Numbered from the stretch's first letter, positions 36,514 through 47,228 are shown. The stretch: 64,000 nucleotides of DNA from Betaproteobacteria bacterium (GCA_016868105.1 VGIA01000001.1:666-64665), one strand, 5' to 3'. Notes: generated by a model from the letters alone, not told the origin. Numbers and translations are program-made.

Positions 36514-39500
36514 TCAGGCGGCGAGCTCCTCCCGGATGCGCAGCGCCTCGGCGATGTCGACTTCCACCACGCGAGAGACGCCCGATTCCGGCATCGTGAC
36601 GCCGATCAGCTGATTGGCCATCTCCATCGTGATCTTGTTGTGGCTGATGAACAGGAACTGGGTCTGTGCCGACATGCGGTTGACGAGCTCGCAGAACCGG
36701 TCGGTGTTGCTGTCATCCAGCGGGGCGTCCACTTCGTCCAGCAGGCAGAACGGCGCCGGCTTGAGCTGGAACATGGAGAACACCAGCGCGATCGCAACCA
36801 ACGCCTTCTCACCGCCGGAGAGCAGATGGATGGTGCTGTTACGCTTGCCCGGGGGCTGCGCCATCACCTGCACGCCGGCATCGAGGATCTCCTCGCCGGT
36901 CATGATGAGGCGCGCCTCGCCGCCGCCAAACAGCGCCGGGAACATGGCACCAAAATGCCGGTTGACGCTGTCAAAAGTCTCGCGCAGAAGCTCGCGGGTC
37001 TCGCGGTCGATGCGCCGGATCGCGTCTTCCAGGGTCCCGGCGGCCTCCTCGAGGTCCGCCGACTGCGCATCCAGGAACTGCTTGCGGTCGCGGCTGGTGC
37101 TCAGTTCCTCCAGCGCGGCGAGGTTCACCGCGCCCAGCTCGTTGATCGCCTGCGTGGCGCGCGTGATCTCCACCTGCAGCGCCGAGGGTCGCGGTGAGCC
37201 CGGCGCCTGCGCGGCAAGGCGCTCCTCGTCCGCGTTGGCCTCCAGCAGCTGGGCCTGGAACTGCTCCAGGCTGAGGCGCGCCGCCTGTTCCTTCAGGCGC
37301 AACTCGCCGCTGCGCTCGCGCAGCGGCGCGATGCCCGACTCGATGCGCAAGCGCTCTTCCTCGAGCGCGCGCAAGACCCCGGCCGCCGCCTCGACCGCAT
37401 CGCGGGCGCCGGCGAGCGTGCCCTCGCAAGCGATGCGCGCCTCCACCGCCGCGTCCAGCATCTCCCGCACCGCGGGGATGGGGTCCACGGCGAGTTCCGC
37501 GGTGAGCTTGGCGACTTCCGCGTCCGCGCGCGCGATCTGCTGGTCGATCAGTTTCACCGAAGCGTCGATCTCGGCCACCTTGGAGACGCTCTCGCGCTCG
37601 GCGAACACCGCGTCCTGGACCTCGCGCTCGGCTCGCTGGGCCCCCAGGCGCTGATCGGCGAGCGCGGACTCGGCGGCGACGTAGGCCTCGCGCAACTGGT
37701 CCAGCCGGCCGCGCGCTTGGTGCATCGCCTCGTCCAGGCGCTGCAGGGCGGCGTGCGATGCTGCCAGCCGCTCGCCGTCGCGTGCGGTATCCCGGACGAT
37801 CTCCTCCATCTCCTTGCCAACCTGCGCGGTGCGCTCGCGATGCCGATCAAGCGCCTGGGTGAGCGTGAGCGCCTCGATCTGGGCCGCATGCAGCTCGCGT
37901 TCGCGATCCGCGATGCCGTCGCGAGCGCGCCCGAGCGCAGCCATGCGCTCGGCGAGGATGGACTCCAGCCGAACCGCCTCGGCACGCGCCGCATTGGCGG
38001 CCGAAGCCAACGACGCGCTGCGGCCTTCGAGTGCCTCGATCTCCGCCTGGCGCGCGAGGATTCCGGCGTCCGCCGGATCGGGCGCGTGGAAGCTGGTGGT
38101 GTGGCGGGTGTACTGGTGTCCTTCGCGGCTGACGTAGAACACGCCCTCGGGAAGCGCCGCCAGCTTCGCCGCCCCCGGCCTGCTCTCGGTCACCAGGGCG
38201 CCGCCCAGCCACTCGCGGATCGCGCCGGCCAGCGCCGCTTCGGCGGCATGGACCTTGGAGGCGAGCGCGCCAGCGGCAGGCGCAGCCTGGGCGAGCGCCG
38301 TGCCGCGTGCGAACACGCTCGCCTTCACCGGCGGCAGGTCGCCGTCCATCTCGGCCAGCGCGGCGGCATCGCCGATCTCAAGCGCGTGCAGGCGCTCCCG
38401 CAGCACCGATTCGACGGCGGTTTCCCAGCCCTGGTCGATCCTAACCTTCTGCCAGAAGCGCGGCAACGCGGACAGGCCGCGCCGTACCAGCCACTCCTGC
38501 AGCGGCGCGTTCTCGTCGGCGGCCGCCTGTACCTGCTTCAGGGTCTGGAGCTGGGCGGCGGCGGCGCTGTGTACGCGGACCGCCTCTTCCAGCGCGCGGG
38601 CGGCGGCTGCCCTAGCGGCCTCGGCGCCCGCGGTCTCCTCCTGCACCCGATCCAGCGCGGCCTGCGCCTCGGCCAGGGAGCGCTGTATAGCGCCGCTACG
38701 CGTCTGCACCGCGGCCATCGCGGCGGCATCGGGTTGCGACAGCGAGCGCAGTTCCGATTCCAGCCGCTCGCGTCTCTGAGCCAGAGACTGCAGGTTCTTC
38801 TCCAGGTGCGCTACCGCCAGCTGCTCGAGTTGCTGGGCGCTGTCGGTCTGCACCACCGCGGCGCGCGCCTGGGCGAGCTTCTCCTGCGCATCGCGGTAGG
38901 TCTGTTCCGACCCGGGCAGCAGCGCCAGTTCCGCCTCCTTGCGGGTCTGGGCCCGGGCCACGCCTTCCTTGGCGCGCCCGGCACGGGCGATCCACAGGTG
39001 CATCGCCTGCGTGAGTTGGGCGCGCTGATCGAGCCAGGATGCGAGCTGCACCCGGCGCTCGGTGTGCTGGCTCTCCAGGCGCTGGCGCGTCTCCTCGAGG
39101 TGGCGCAGTTCGGATTCGTGTTTCGCCACCTCCGCGTTCGCGGCGTAAACGCCGGCCTGCGCCGCATTGAGGCTGTCGCCCGCGGCATAATGCGATGCCC
39201 GCGCGGTCTCGACCCTGCTTTCGACCTCGCGCAGCCTGGCGGTCTCGGCTTCCAGCGCGACCTCGGCGCGGGAAATCTCCTGCAGCTGCCGGTCACGCTC
39301 GGCAGTGGCGTCCTTGCGCCGCAGGAACCAGAGCAACTGCTGCTTGAGCTGCACCTCGGCCTGAAGCGCCTTGTACTGCGAGGCGATCTTCGCCTGGCCT
39401 TCGAGCTTCTCGATTTGGGCGCCGAGCTCGCCGCGGATGTCGGTGACGCGCGCCAGGTTCTCGCGCGTGTCGAGCAGCCGCCGCTCGGTCTCCTTGCGCC

Positions 39501-40026
39501 GCTCCTTGTATCGGGAGACGCCCGCGGCCTCCTCCAGGAACACGCGCAGATCCTCCGGCTTGGCCTCGATGACGCGCGAGATCATGCCCTGCTCGATGAT
39601 GGCATAGGCGCGCGGCCCGAGGCCGGTGCCGAGAAACATGTCGGTGATGTCGCGGCGCCGGACGTGAGTGCCGTTGATGTGGTACGCAGACTCGCCGTCG
39701 CGCTGCAGCACCCGCTTGACCGAGATTTCGGCGTACTGCGACCACTGCCCCGCTGCGCGCCCGAGGGAATTGTCGAAGATCAGCTCGACGCTGGCCCGCG
39801 CCATCGGCTTGCGGTTGCCCGAGCCGTTGAAAATCACGTCCTGCATCGAGTCGCCACGGAGGGCGGAGGCGCGAGTCTCCCCCAGCACCCAACGCACGGC
39901 GTCGATGACGTTCGACTTACCGCAGCCGTTCGGCCCCACGATGCCGACCAGCTTTCCGGGGACGTGGATGCTGGTGGGATCGACGAAGGACTTGAAGCCG
40001 GAGAGCTTGATCTGGGTGAGGCGCAC
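36514..40026 (-). CDS. smc: chromosome segregation protein SMC
   Basis: VRLTQIKLSGFKSFVDPTSIHVPGKLVGIVGPNGCGKSNVIDAVRWVLGE (Walker A), long coiled coils and a C-terminal LSGGEKALVAIALVFSMF...LLDEVDAPLDD. GTG 40026; 1170 aa. Confidence 0.95.
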   Translation of the reverse strand: MRLTQIKLSGFKSFVDPTSIHVPGKLVGIVGPNGCGKSNVIDAVRWVLGETRASALRGDSMQDVIFNGSGNRKPMARASVELIFDNSLGRAAGQWSQYAEISVKRVLQRDGESAYHINGTHVRRRDITDMFLGTGLGPRAYAIIEQGMISRVIEAKPEDLRVFLEEAAGVSRYKERRKETERRLLDTRENLARVTDIRGELGAQIEKLEGQAKIASQYKALQAEVQLKQQLLWFLRRKDATAERDRQLQEISRAEVALEAETARLREVESRVETARASHYAAGDSLNAAQAGVYAANAEVAKHESELRHLEETRQRLESQHTERRVQLASWLDQRAQLTQAMHLWIARAGRAKEGVARAQTRKEAELALLPGSEQTYRDAQEKLAQARAAVVQTDSAQQLEQLAVAHLEKNLQSLAQRRERLESELRSLSQPDAAAMAAVQTRSGAIQRSLAEAQAALDRVQEETAGAEAARAAAARALEEAVRVHSAAAAQLQTLKQVQAAADENAPLQEWLVRRGLSALPRFWQKVRIDQGWETAVESVLRERLHALEIGDAAALAEMDGDLPPVKASVFARGTALAQAAPAAGALASKVHAAEAALAGAIREWLGGALVTESRPGAAKLAALPEGVFYVSREGHQYTRHTTSFHAPDPADAGILARQAEIEALEGRSASLASAANAARAEAVRLESILAERMAALGRARDGIADRERELHAAQIEALTLTQALDRHRERTAQVGKEMEEIVRDTARDGERLAASHAALQRLDEAMHQARGRLDQLREAYVAAESALADQRLGAQRAEREVQDAVFAERESVSKVAEIDASVKLIDQQIARADAEVAKLTAELAVDPIPAVREMLDAAVEARIACEGTLAGARDAVEAAAGVLRALEEERLRIESGIAPLRERSGELRLKEQAARLSLEQFQAQLLEANADEERLAAQAPGSPRPSALQVEITRATQAINELGAVNLAALEELSTSRDRKQFLDAQSADLEEAAGTLEDAIRRIDRETRELLRETFDSVNRHFGAMFPALFGGGEARLIMTGEEILDAGVQVMAQPPGKRNSTIHLLSGGEKALVAIALVFSMFQLKPAPFCLLDEVDAPLDDSNTDRFCELVNRMSAQTQFLFISHNKITMEMANQLIGVTMPESGVSRVVEVDIAEALRIREELAA

Positions 40027-40096
40027 GCAGTGTTTTCGCTTCCCAAGATGATACCATCTGCGCGCGCACATCCTCCCGATTTTCAGGGTACAACCG

Positions 40097-40471
40097 ATGC
40101 CTTCCAGGCCCAGCAGGCGGCTGCAGACCTTCGCCAATCCGTCTCCCGAGCGCGACTACCGGATCGACATGGAGATTCCGGAGTTCACCTGCCTGTGCCC
40201 GATGAGCGGGCAGCCGGATTTTGCCGTGCTGTCACTCCAATACGTCCCGGACCGTCTGTGCGTCGAGTTGAAATCCCTCAAGCTCTATATCTGGTCGTAT
40301 CGCGACCAGGGCGCCTTCCATGAAGCCGTCACCAATCGCATCCTTGCGGACCTGGTGGCGGCGACACGGCCGCGCTTCATGCGGCTGGGGGCGCGCTTCA
40401 ACCTCCGCGGCGGCATCGTTACCACCATCACCGTGGAGCACCGCAAACGCGGCTGGAAGTCCCGGACTTGA
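40097..40471 (+). CDS. queF: NADPH-dependent 7-cyano-7-deazaguanine (preQ0) reductase, unimodular type
   Basis: [23 protein letters not shown] (catalytic Cys) and the QueF motif [20 protein letters not shown]; 124 aa. Confidence 0.92.
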   Translation: MPSRPSRRLQTFANPSPERDYRIDMEIPEFTCLCPMSGQPDFAVLSLQYVPDRLCVELKSLKLYIWSYRDQGAFHEAVTNRILADLVAATRPRFMRLGARFNLRGGIVTTITVEHRKRGWKSRT

Positions 40472-40785
40472 ATCCGAGCCTGAATCCGCGGCACGGCACG
40501 CTCCGGCCTTACCCGTTCGACAAGCCGCGCAGCCTGCTGACCGGTGGACATGTCCATCGGCCAGCCGCGGCACCCGACGCCCAAACTGCAGAAGGACCCC
40601 ACGCCGCGTTCGCCCGCGAACTGCTGCGTGAATATAATGTGCGGGCATTACCCGGCAGCTACCTCGCGCGCGAGGCGTACGGGACCAATCCCGGCAGCGG
40701 CCATGTGTGCATCGCCCCCGTCGCCGGCCTCGAGGACTGCCTCGAGGGACTGCGGCGCATCAACCAATACACTTCAAGGCTTTGA
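40468..40785 (+). pseudogene. dapC: succinyldiaminopimelate transaminase remnant (frameshift plus large internal deletion)
   Basis: Frame 1 begins [24 protein letters not shown] (DapC N-terminus). The next conserved block, [10 protein letters not shown], lies in another frame (track ORF 40544). Frame 1 then ends [31 protein letters not shown]...DCLEGLRRI (DapC C-terminus). That is about 105 codons where about 400 are expected, directly upstream of dapD. Confidence 0.65.
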
Positions 40786-40789
40786 GACC

Positions 40790-41611
<822 letters not shown>

Positions 41612-41895
41612 ACCAGGTCATCTCTGAATTAGTCCCCTGCTTAGTTGTCCGAGGCAAAGCACCCTCATCGAACAAGAACAGGGCACGGGAATGAAGAACA
41701 ACCAAATGATGCTTGCTGCAACGGGGTTCCAGGGGTTTGCGAAGACAACGCGACGGGAACGGTTCCTGGCCGATAGGGGCCGGGTGATGCCTTGGCGGGA
41801 GCAGCCACCGCGGGGCAGATCTCCTCGGAACCGACGTCGCTTCCCGGCGGCGGCAACAAGGCCAGGCATTCTTCAGCGACTTCAAGATCGACATG
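41612..41895 (+). mobile_element. IS5-family insertion sequence remnant (one terminus plus first ~35 codons of the transposase)
   Basis: A lower-GC stretch begins right after the dapD stop. GGTCATCTCTGAATTAGTCCCCTG...AGAACAGGGCACGGGAATG resembles the transposase-proximal end of E. coli IS5 as I recall it (GGAAGGTGCGAACAAGTCCCTGA...AGAACAGGGTTCATCATG). ORF 41691 reads MMLAATGFQGFAKTTRRERFLADRGRVMPW, compared with IS5 [28 protein letters not shown]. Homology is lost after about 41800. No second terminus is present. Confidence 0.55.
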
Positions 41896-41923
41896 AACGC
41901 CTGAGCATGGCGTTGCCTGGCAC

Positions 41924-43051
41924 CTGAACAGCGCGCTGCAACTGGCGCGGGACCTGATCTCGCGGCGCTCGGTCACCCCGGAGGACGGCGGCTGCCAGGC
42001 GCTGCTCGCGCAGCGGCTCGCGGCCGCAGGATTCGCGGCCGAGACCCTGAGCTGCGGCGAGGTCTCCAATCTCTGGCTGCGCCGGGGCAAGGCCGCGCCC
42101 CTGCTGTGCTTCGCCGGGCACACCGACGTCGTGCCCTGCGGGCCCCTGGCCGACTGGCTCAGCGACCCGTTCGCGCCCGTGATCAGGGACGGCCGGCTGT
42201 ACGGCCGGGGCGCCGCCGATATGAAGTCCTCGATCGCCTGCTTCACGGTTGCCGTGGAGGCCTTTGTCGAGGAGCGCCCGCACCACGCCGGCTCGATCGC
42301 GTTCCTGCTCACATCGGACGAGGAAGGTCCGTCCGTGGACGGAACGGTGCGCGTGGTCGAACTGCTGCAGAAACGCGGCGAGCGGCTCGACTACTGCATC
42401 GTCGGCGAGCCCTCCTCCGTGAAGACCGCCGGGGACATGGTGCGCGTGGGACGCCGCGGATCGCTGCATGCAGTCCTTACCGTCCGCGGCGTGCAGGGCC
42501 ACGTGGCCTACCCGGAACAGGTCAGGAACCCGATCCACCTCGTGGCACCCGCGCTGGCGGAGCTGGCGGCGACCAGCTGGGACCAGGGCAACGAATTCTT
42601 CCCGCCCACCAGCTTCCAGGTCTCCAACTTCAATGCCGGCACCGGCGCTGACAACGTGGTTCCCGGCAGCGCCAGCCTGCTGTGCAATTTCCGCTATTCC
42701 ACCGCCAGCACCGAGCAGTCGCTGCGCGAGCGCTTCGAGGCCGTGCTGAACAAGCACGGCCTGCAGTACGAGGTGGCGTGGAAACTGAGCGGCAAGCCTT
42801 TCCTGAGCAGGCAGGGCAGGCTGACGGAGGCGGTGCTGCGGTCCGTCCGGGCGCATGCCGGAGTCGAGCCCCAGCTGTCCACTGGCGGCGGCACCTCGGA
42901 CGGACGCTTCATCATCGACATCTGCCCGGAAATCGTCGAACTCGGGCCAGTGAACGCCAGCATCCACAAGCTGAACGAGAACATCGAACTGGGCGCGTTC
43001 GAGGTCCTGAGCCGCATCTACCTCGGCATCCTGCGCCAGCTGCTGCCGTGA
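41924..43051 (+). CDS. dapE: succinyl-diaminopimelate desuccinylase (no canonical start codon at the conserved N-terminus)
   Basis: My translation of this frame from 41897 gives ...[38 protein letters not shown]...[12 protein letters not shown]...[10 protein letters not shown]..., a full-length DapE. The track ORF starts only at GTG 42131, about 70 codons too late. CTG 41924 would give the usual 375 aa. An in-frame stop lies at 41894-41896. Confidence 0.8.
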   Translation: MNSALQLARDLISRRSVTPEDGGCQALLAQRLAAAGFAAETLSCGEVSNLWLRRGKAAPLLCFAGHTDVVPCGPLADWLSDPFAPVIRDGRLYGRGAADMKSSIACFTVAVEAFVEERPHHAGSIAFLLTSDEEGPSVDGTVRVVELLQKRGERLDYCIVGEPSSVKTAGDMVRVGRRGSLHAVLTVRGVQGHVAYPEQVRNPIHLVAPALAELAATSWDQGNEFFPPTSFQVSNFNAGTGADNVVPGSASLLCNFRYSTASTEQSLRERFEAVLNKHGLQYEVAWKLSGKPFLSRQGRLTEAVLRSVRAHAGVEPQLSTGGGTSDGRFIIDICPEIVELGPVNASIHKLNENIELGAFEVLSRIYLGILRQLLP

Positions 43052-43887
43052 AGACGGCGGCGCTGCTGCGCGAGATCTCGCGGCGCTTCGCCAAGGCGAA
43101 GCTCCGCTACGGCCACGGCACGCACAATGCGCGCGAAGAGGCGGCCTGGCTGATCTCCTCCCAGCTGGGCTACCTGCTGGAGGAGGAGATTGCGCCCAGG
43201 ACCCGGAAGCGCATCGAGGCGCTCGCCGCGCGCCGCGTCCGCGAGCGGATTCCCCTCGCCTATGTCCTCAAGCAAGCCTGGCTGGGCGAGCACGCGTTCT
43301 ACGTCGACCGGCGCGCCATCGTGCCACGCTCGTTCATCGCCGAGATGCTGCGCGAGCGCTTCTCGCCGTGGCTGCGGCGCCGGCCGCGGCGTGCGCTGGA
43401 CCTGTGCACCGGCTCGGGCTGCCTCGCCATCTTGCTCGCCAACGCGTTCCCGGCGGCAAAGGTGGACGCGGCGGATCTTGCCGCCGGCGCGCTGGCGGTG
43501 GCGAGGAAGAACGTGGCGCGCTACAAGTTGGAAAAGCGCGTCCACCTCACGAGGTCCGACCTGTTCGGCGCGCTGCAGGGACGCAGGTACGACCTGATCG
43601 TGAGCAATCCGCCCTACGTCACCTCGCGCGCCATGGAAAAGCTGCCGCCGGAGTACCGGCACGAACCGGCGCTCGCGCTGGCGGCCGGCAGCGACGGGCT
43701 GCGGACCGTGCGGCGGATCCTCGCCGAGGCGGGGCGGCATCTGAACCGGCACGGCCTGCTGGTGTGCGAGATCGGCGGCAACCGCAGGGTTCTGGAACGC
43801 GCCTACCCGCAGCTGGAGTTTGCCTGGCCGCAGACCAGCGATCCGGGAACGGTATTCATCCTCGAGCGGGAGCAGTTGCCGGGGTGA
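43048..43887 (+). CDS. prmB: 50S ribosomal protein L3 N5-glutamine methyltransferase
   Basis: [16 protein letters not shown]...[30 protein letters not shown]...[12 protein letters not shown]...[11 protein letters not shown] 43048 forms a GTGA overlap with the dapE stop. Confidence 0.9.
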   Translation: MKTAALLREISRRFAKAKLRYGHGTHNAREEAAWLISSQLGYLLEEEIAPRTRKRIEALAARRVRERIPLAYVLKQAWLGEHAFYVDRRAIVPRSFIAEMLRERFSPWLRRRPRRALDLCTGSGCLAILLANAFPAAKVDAADLAAGALAVARKNVARYKLEKRVHLTRSDLFGALQGRRYDLIVSNPPYVTSRAMEKLPPEYRHEPALALAAGSDGLRTVRRILAEAGRHLNRHGLLVCEIGGNRRVLERAYPQLEFAWPQTSDPGTVFILEREQLPG

Positions 43888-43895
43888 AGGAGACG

Positions 43896-43969
43896 GGGTG
43901 GCCGATGGGACTCGAACCCACAACAACTGGAATCACAATCCAGGACTCTACCGTTGAGCTACGGCCACC
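43896..43969 (-). tRNA. tRNA-His (anticodon GTG)
   Basis: The minus strand reads GGTGGCCGTAGCTCAACGGTAGAGTCCTGGATTGTGATTCCAGTTGTTGTGGGTTCGAGTCCCATCGGCCACCC. It forms a cloverleaf with an encoded G-1 paired to C73. CCA is not encoded. Confidence 0.93.
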
Positions 43970-44006
43970 ATTGCACTGCTCAGGACATCATCTTAGCGCC
44001 CGCTGC

Positions 44007-44083
44007 TGGCCTGCCCGGCGGGACTCGAACCCACAACCCCCAGCTTAGAAGGCTGGTGCTCTATCCGGTTGAGCTACGGGCAG
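44007..44083 (-). tRNA. tRNA-Arg (anticodon TCT)
   Basis: The minus strand reads CTGCCCGTAGCTCAACCGGATAGAGCACCAGCCTTCTAAGCTGGGGGTTGTGGGTTCGAGTCCCGCCGGGCAGGCCA. The acceptor stem is a perfect 7 bp and CCA is encoded. Confidence 0.93.
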
Positions 44084-44108
44084 ATCCGTTCGCCGTCCGG
44101 GTGCGACC

Positions 44109-44185
44109 TGGTCGGGGTGGAGAGATTTGAACTCCCGACATCCTGCTCCCAAAGCAGGCGCGCTACCAGGCTGCGCTACACCCCG
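44109..44185 (-). tRNA. tRNA-Pro (anticodon TGG)
   Basis: The minus strand reads CGGGGTGTAGCGCAGCCTGGTAGCGCGCCTGCTTTGGGAGCAGGATGTCGGGAGTTCAAATCTCTCCACCCCGACCA. CCA is encoded. Confidence 0.93.
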
Positions 44186-44275
44186 GAAATTGGGGCGCAA
44201 TGATACTCCTTTTTCGGCTTGCCGCAGGGGGGGTTTTCTGCTACAAAGCCTGCTTGTTTTTTGCCCGGATCCGAA

Positions 44276-44701
44276 ATGCCGCCAGAGCTCAGCAAAAAAG
44301 CCTTCGCCTCCTATGCCCCGAAGAAGGGCGAGGAATACATGAACGCGAAGCAGCGCGGGCATTTCCGCAAGATCCTGGAAAGCCTCAAGGCCGAGTTGTC
44401 CGAGGAGATCGACCGCACGGTGCACACCATGCAGGACGAGGCCACCGTGTTCGCCGACCCGAACGACCGCGCCAGCCAGGAGTCCGACATGGCCCTGGAG
44501 CTGCGCAACCGCGACCGCGAACGCAAGCTGATCAAGAAGATCGACGAGACCATCGCCCGCATCGACGCCAACGAGTACGGCTGGTGCGACAGCTGCGGCG
44601 TGGAGATCGGGCTCAAGCGACTGGAAGCACGGCCGACGGCGACCAAGTGCATAGACTGCAAAACGCTTGACGAGATGCGCGAGCGGCAGGTCGCCAAGTA
44701 G
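44276..44701 (+). CDS. dksA: RNA polymerase-binding transcription factor DksA
   Basis: ...EEYMNAKQRGHFRKILESLKAEL...DPNDRASQESDMALELRNRDRERKLIKKI...YGWCDSCGVEIGLKRLEARPTATKCIDC (C4 zinc finger); 141 aa from ATG 44276. Confidence 0.93.
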   Translation: MPPELSKKAFASYAPKKGEEYMNAKQRGHFRKILESLKAELSEEIDRTVHTMQDEATVFADPNDRASQESDMALELRNRDRERKLIKKIDETIARIDANEYGWCDSCGVEIGLKRLEARPTATKCIDCKTLDEMRERQVAK

Positions 44702-44718
44702 CCATCTGCCCCGAGACA

Positions 44719-44739
44719 AAGGCGCCTTGCGGCGCCCTT
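44719..44739. terminator. GC hairpin between convergent dksA and pnp
   Basis: AAGGCGCC-TTGC-GGCGCCCTT. On the minus strand it is followed by TTTGTCTC. The U-tract is weak, so this is only a candidate bidirectional terminator. Confidence 0.3.
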
Positions 44740-44764
44740 CTCCCGCTGCAATGCCCCGGCCACA

Positions 44765-46873
44765 CTAGCCCTGCTTGGCCGCCTCCGCCTGCGAGCCGAT
44801 CGCCTTCATCGACAGGCGCACGCGGCCCTTGTCGTCGGCCTCCAGCACCTTGACCTTCACGATCTGGCCTTCCTTGAGGTGGTCGGACACGGCGTTGACG
44901 CGCTCGGTGCTGATCTGCGAGATGTGCAGCAGGCCGTCGCGGCCCGGCAGCAGCTGGACGATGGCGCCGAAATCGAGCAGGCGCAGCACCGGGCCTTCGT
45001 AGATCTTGCCGACCTCGACATCGGCGGTGATGTCCTGAATCCGCTTCCTCGCCGCCTCGCCGCCCTCGGAGGAGACGCAGGCGATGGCGATCGTACCGTC
45101 GTCTTCGATCTCGATGGTGGTGCCGGTCTCCTCCTGAATGCCACGGATGACGACCCCGCCCTTGCCGATGACGTCACGGATCTTTTCCGGGTTGATCTTG
45201 ATCTTGATGATGCGCGGCGCGAAGCTGGACAGCTCGGCGCGCGACCCTTCCATCGCGTTCTTCATCTGCCGCAGGATGTGCAGCCGCGCCTCGCGCGCCT
45301 GGTCGAGCGCCACTTTCATGATGCCCTTGTTGATGGATTCGATCTTCAGGTCCATCTGCAACGCGGTGAGGCCGTTCTCGGTGCCCGCGACCTTGAAGTC
45401 CATGTCGCCGAGGTGGTCCTCGTCGCCGAGGATGTCGGTCAGCACCGCGAAGCGGTTGCCTTCCTTGATCAGGCCCATGGCGATGCCGGCGACGTGGTCC
45501 TTGATCGGCACGCCCGCGTCCATCAGCGCCAGGCTGCCGCCGCAAACCGATGCCATCGACGAGGAGCCGTTGGACTCGGTGATCTCGGACACCACGCGCA
45601 GCGAATAGCCGAACTCCGTCTGACTGGGCAGCAGGCCCACCAGCGCGCGCTTGGCGAGACGCCCATGGCCGATCTCGCGCCGCTTGGTGAATCCATAGCG
45701 CCCGGTCTCGCCGGTGGCGTAGGGGGGCATGTTGTAGTGCATCATGAAGCGCTCGCGGTACTCGCCCGCCAGCGCGTCGATGATCTGCTCGTCGCGCCCG
45801 GTGCCCAGGGTCACGGTGACCAAGGCCTGCGTCTCGCCGCGCGTGAACAGCGCCGAGCCGTGGGTGCGTGGCAACACCCCGGTGCGAATGCTGATCGGGC
45901 GCACGGTGCGCGTGTCGCGGCCGTCGATGCGCGGCTCGCCATCCAAGATCTGGCTGCGCACGATGCTCGATTCCAGGTTGAAGCAGATGTCCTTCACCGC
46001 CTGGGCAGTCGGGCCGCCTTCCTTGCCGGCGCCGAGCGCCTCGAACACCTTCTTCCGGATGCCGTCGATCGCCTCCGAGCGCGCCTTCTTCTGCTTCAGG
46101 CGGAAGGCCTCGCGCAGCTCGACCTCGGCCATGTCCTTGATGCGCGCGATCAGCGCCTCGTCCTTGGCCGGCGCCTGCCAGACCCAGGCCGGCTTGGCGG
46201 CTTCCTCGGCTAATGAGTCGATGGCCTGGATCGCGGCCTGCATCTGCTGGTGGCCGAAGACCACCGCGCCGAGCATCACATCCTCGGGCAGTTCCAGCGC
46301 CTCGGACTCCACCATCATCACGCCAGCCTCGGTGCCCGCGACCACCAGGTTGAGCTTAGATTCCTTGATCTGGGCGGCGGTCGGGTTGAGCACGTACTGG
46401 CCGTCTAGGTAGCCGACGCGCGCGGCGCCGATCGGGCCGTTGAACGGCACGCCGGACAGGGTCAGGGCCGCCGAGACCGCGATCATCGCCGGGATGTCGG
46501 CGTCCACCTCCGGGTTGAGCGACAGCACCTGCGCCACCACCTGGACTTCGTTGTAGAAGCCATCCGGGAACAGCGGCCGGATCGGGCGGTCGATGAGGCG
46601 CGAGGTCAGCGTCTCCTTCTCGGTCGGCCGGCCTTCGCGCTTGAAGAAGCCGCCCGGGATCTTGCCCGCGGCATAGGCCTTCTCGGCGTAGTCGACCGTA
46701 AGGGGGAAGAAATCCTGTCCCGGCTTGGCATTCTTGGCGGCGGTGACCGCCGCGAGCACCACGGTGTCCTCCATGGTGATCAGGACGGCGCCATGCGCCT
46801 GGCGGGCGATTTCGCCGGTCTCCAGCGTGACCTGGTGCTGGCCGTAGGTGAATGTTTTCTTGATCGGGCTCAA
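44765..46873 (-). CDS. pnp: polyribonucleotide nucleotidyltransferase (PNPase)
   Basis: [31 protein letters not shown]..., two RNase PH domains, then KH and S1 (...[35 protein letters not shown]). TTG 46873 is preceded by AAAGGAA; 702 aa. Confidence 0.96.
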   Translation of the reverse strand: MSPIKKTFTYGQHQVTLETGEIARQAHGAVLITMEDTVVLAAVTAAKNAKPGQDFFPLTVDYAEKAYAAGKIPGGFFKREGRPTEKETLTSRLIDRPIRPLFPDGFYNEVQVVAQVLSLNPEVDADIPAMIAVSAALTLSGVPFNGPIGAARVGYLDGQYVLNPTAAQIKESKLNLVVAGTEAGVMMVESEALELPEDVMLGAVVFGHQQMQAAIQAIDSLAEEAAKPAWVWQAPAKDEALIARIKDMAEVELREAFRLKQKKARSEAIDGIRKKVFEALGAGKEGGPTAQAVKDICFNLESSIVRSQILDGEPRIDGRDTRTVRPISIRTGVLPRTHGSALFTRGETQALVTVTLGTGRDEQIIDALAGEYRERFMMHYNMPPYATGETGRYGFTKRREIGHGRLAKRALVGLLPSQTEFGYSLRVVSEITESNGSSSMASVCGGSLALMDAGVPIKDHVAGIAMGLIKEGNRFAVLTDILGDEDHLGDMDFKVAGTENGLTALQMDLKIESINKGIMKVALDQAREARLHILRQMKNAMEGSRAELSSFAPRIIKIKINPEKIRDVIGKGGVVIRGIQEETGTTIEIEDDGTIAIACVSSEGGEAARKRIQDITADVEVGKIYEGPVLRLLDFGAIVQLLPGRDGLLHISQISTERVNAVSDHLKEGQIVKVKVLEADDKGRVRLSMKAIGSQAEAAKQG

Positions 46874-46905
46874 GGGCGTTCCTTTGTGTGCGGGCGGAAA
46901 CGACA

Positions 46906-46929
46906 AGCGCTCATCGGCCGATGAGCGCT
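46906..46929 (-). promoter_or_regulatory. perfect 24-nt palindrome in the rpsO-pnp spacer (rpsO terminator / pnp leader processing hairpin)
   Basis: AGCGCTCATCGG|CCGATGAGCGCT gives a 10-bp stem (AGCGCTCATC/GATGAGCGCT) closed by the central GGCC as a 4-nt loop, since a loopless 12-bp stem cannot form. On the minus strand it is followed by TTGTCGTTTCC and lies 33 nt upstream of the pnp start. Confidence 0.5.
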
Positions 46930-46958
46930 CTCGCTAAGGCATTCTGGAAATGGAGGGT

Positions 46959-47228
46959 TTACTTGCGCAGGCCAAGGCGCTCGATCACCGAGCGGTACTT
47001 GTCCGCGTCCTTGCGCTTCAGGTAGTCCAGCAGCTTGCGACGCTGGCTGACGAGCTTGAGCAGGCCGCGGCGCGAATGGAAATCCTTCACGTGGGTCTTG
47101 AAATGCTCGGCGAGGCCGTTGATGCGCTCGGTCAGGAGGGCAATCTGGACTTCGGGCGATCCGGTGTCATTCCCGGCGCGCTGGTACTGCTTGACCACTT
47201 GCGCCTTCTGCGCAACCTGCAAACTCAT
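46959..47228 (-). CDS. rpsO: 30S ribosomal protein S15
   Basis: [74 protein letters not shown]; 89 aa from the internal ATG 47228. Confidence 0.97.
   Translation of the reverse strand: MSLQVAQKAQVVKQYQRAGNDTGSPEVQIALLTERINGLAEHFKTHVKDFHSRRGLLKLVSQRRKLLDYLKRKDADKYRSVIERLGLRK

Noticed and set aside
43888-44275. The tRNA-Pro/Arg/His cluster as a possible genomic-island integration site.
   Set aside because: There is no integrase, no direct repeat of a tRNA 3' end, and no compositional shift on either side. The neighbours (prmB, dksA) are core genes.
44186-44275. A candidate promoter for the tRNA operon. The minus strand reads ...GGAGTATCATTGCGCCCCAATTT directly before tRNA-Pro, with a GC-rich discriminator-like TGCGCCCC.
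   Set aside because: The -10-like TATCAT is plausible, but I could not find a convincing -35 at proper spacing. It was left unannotated.
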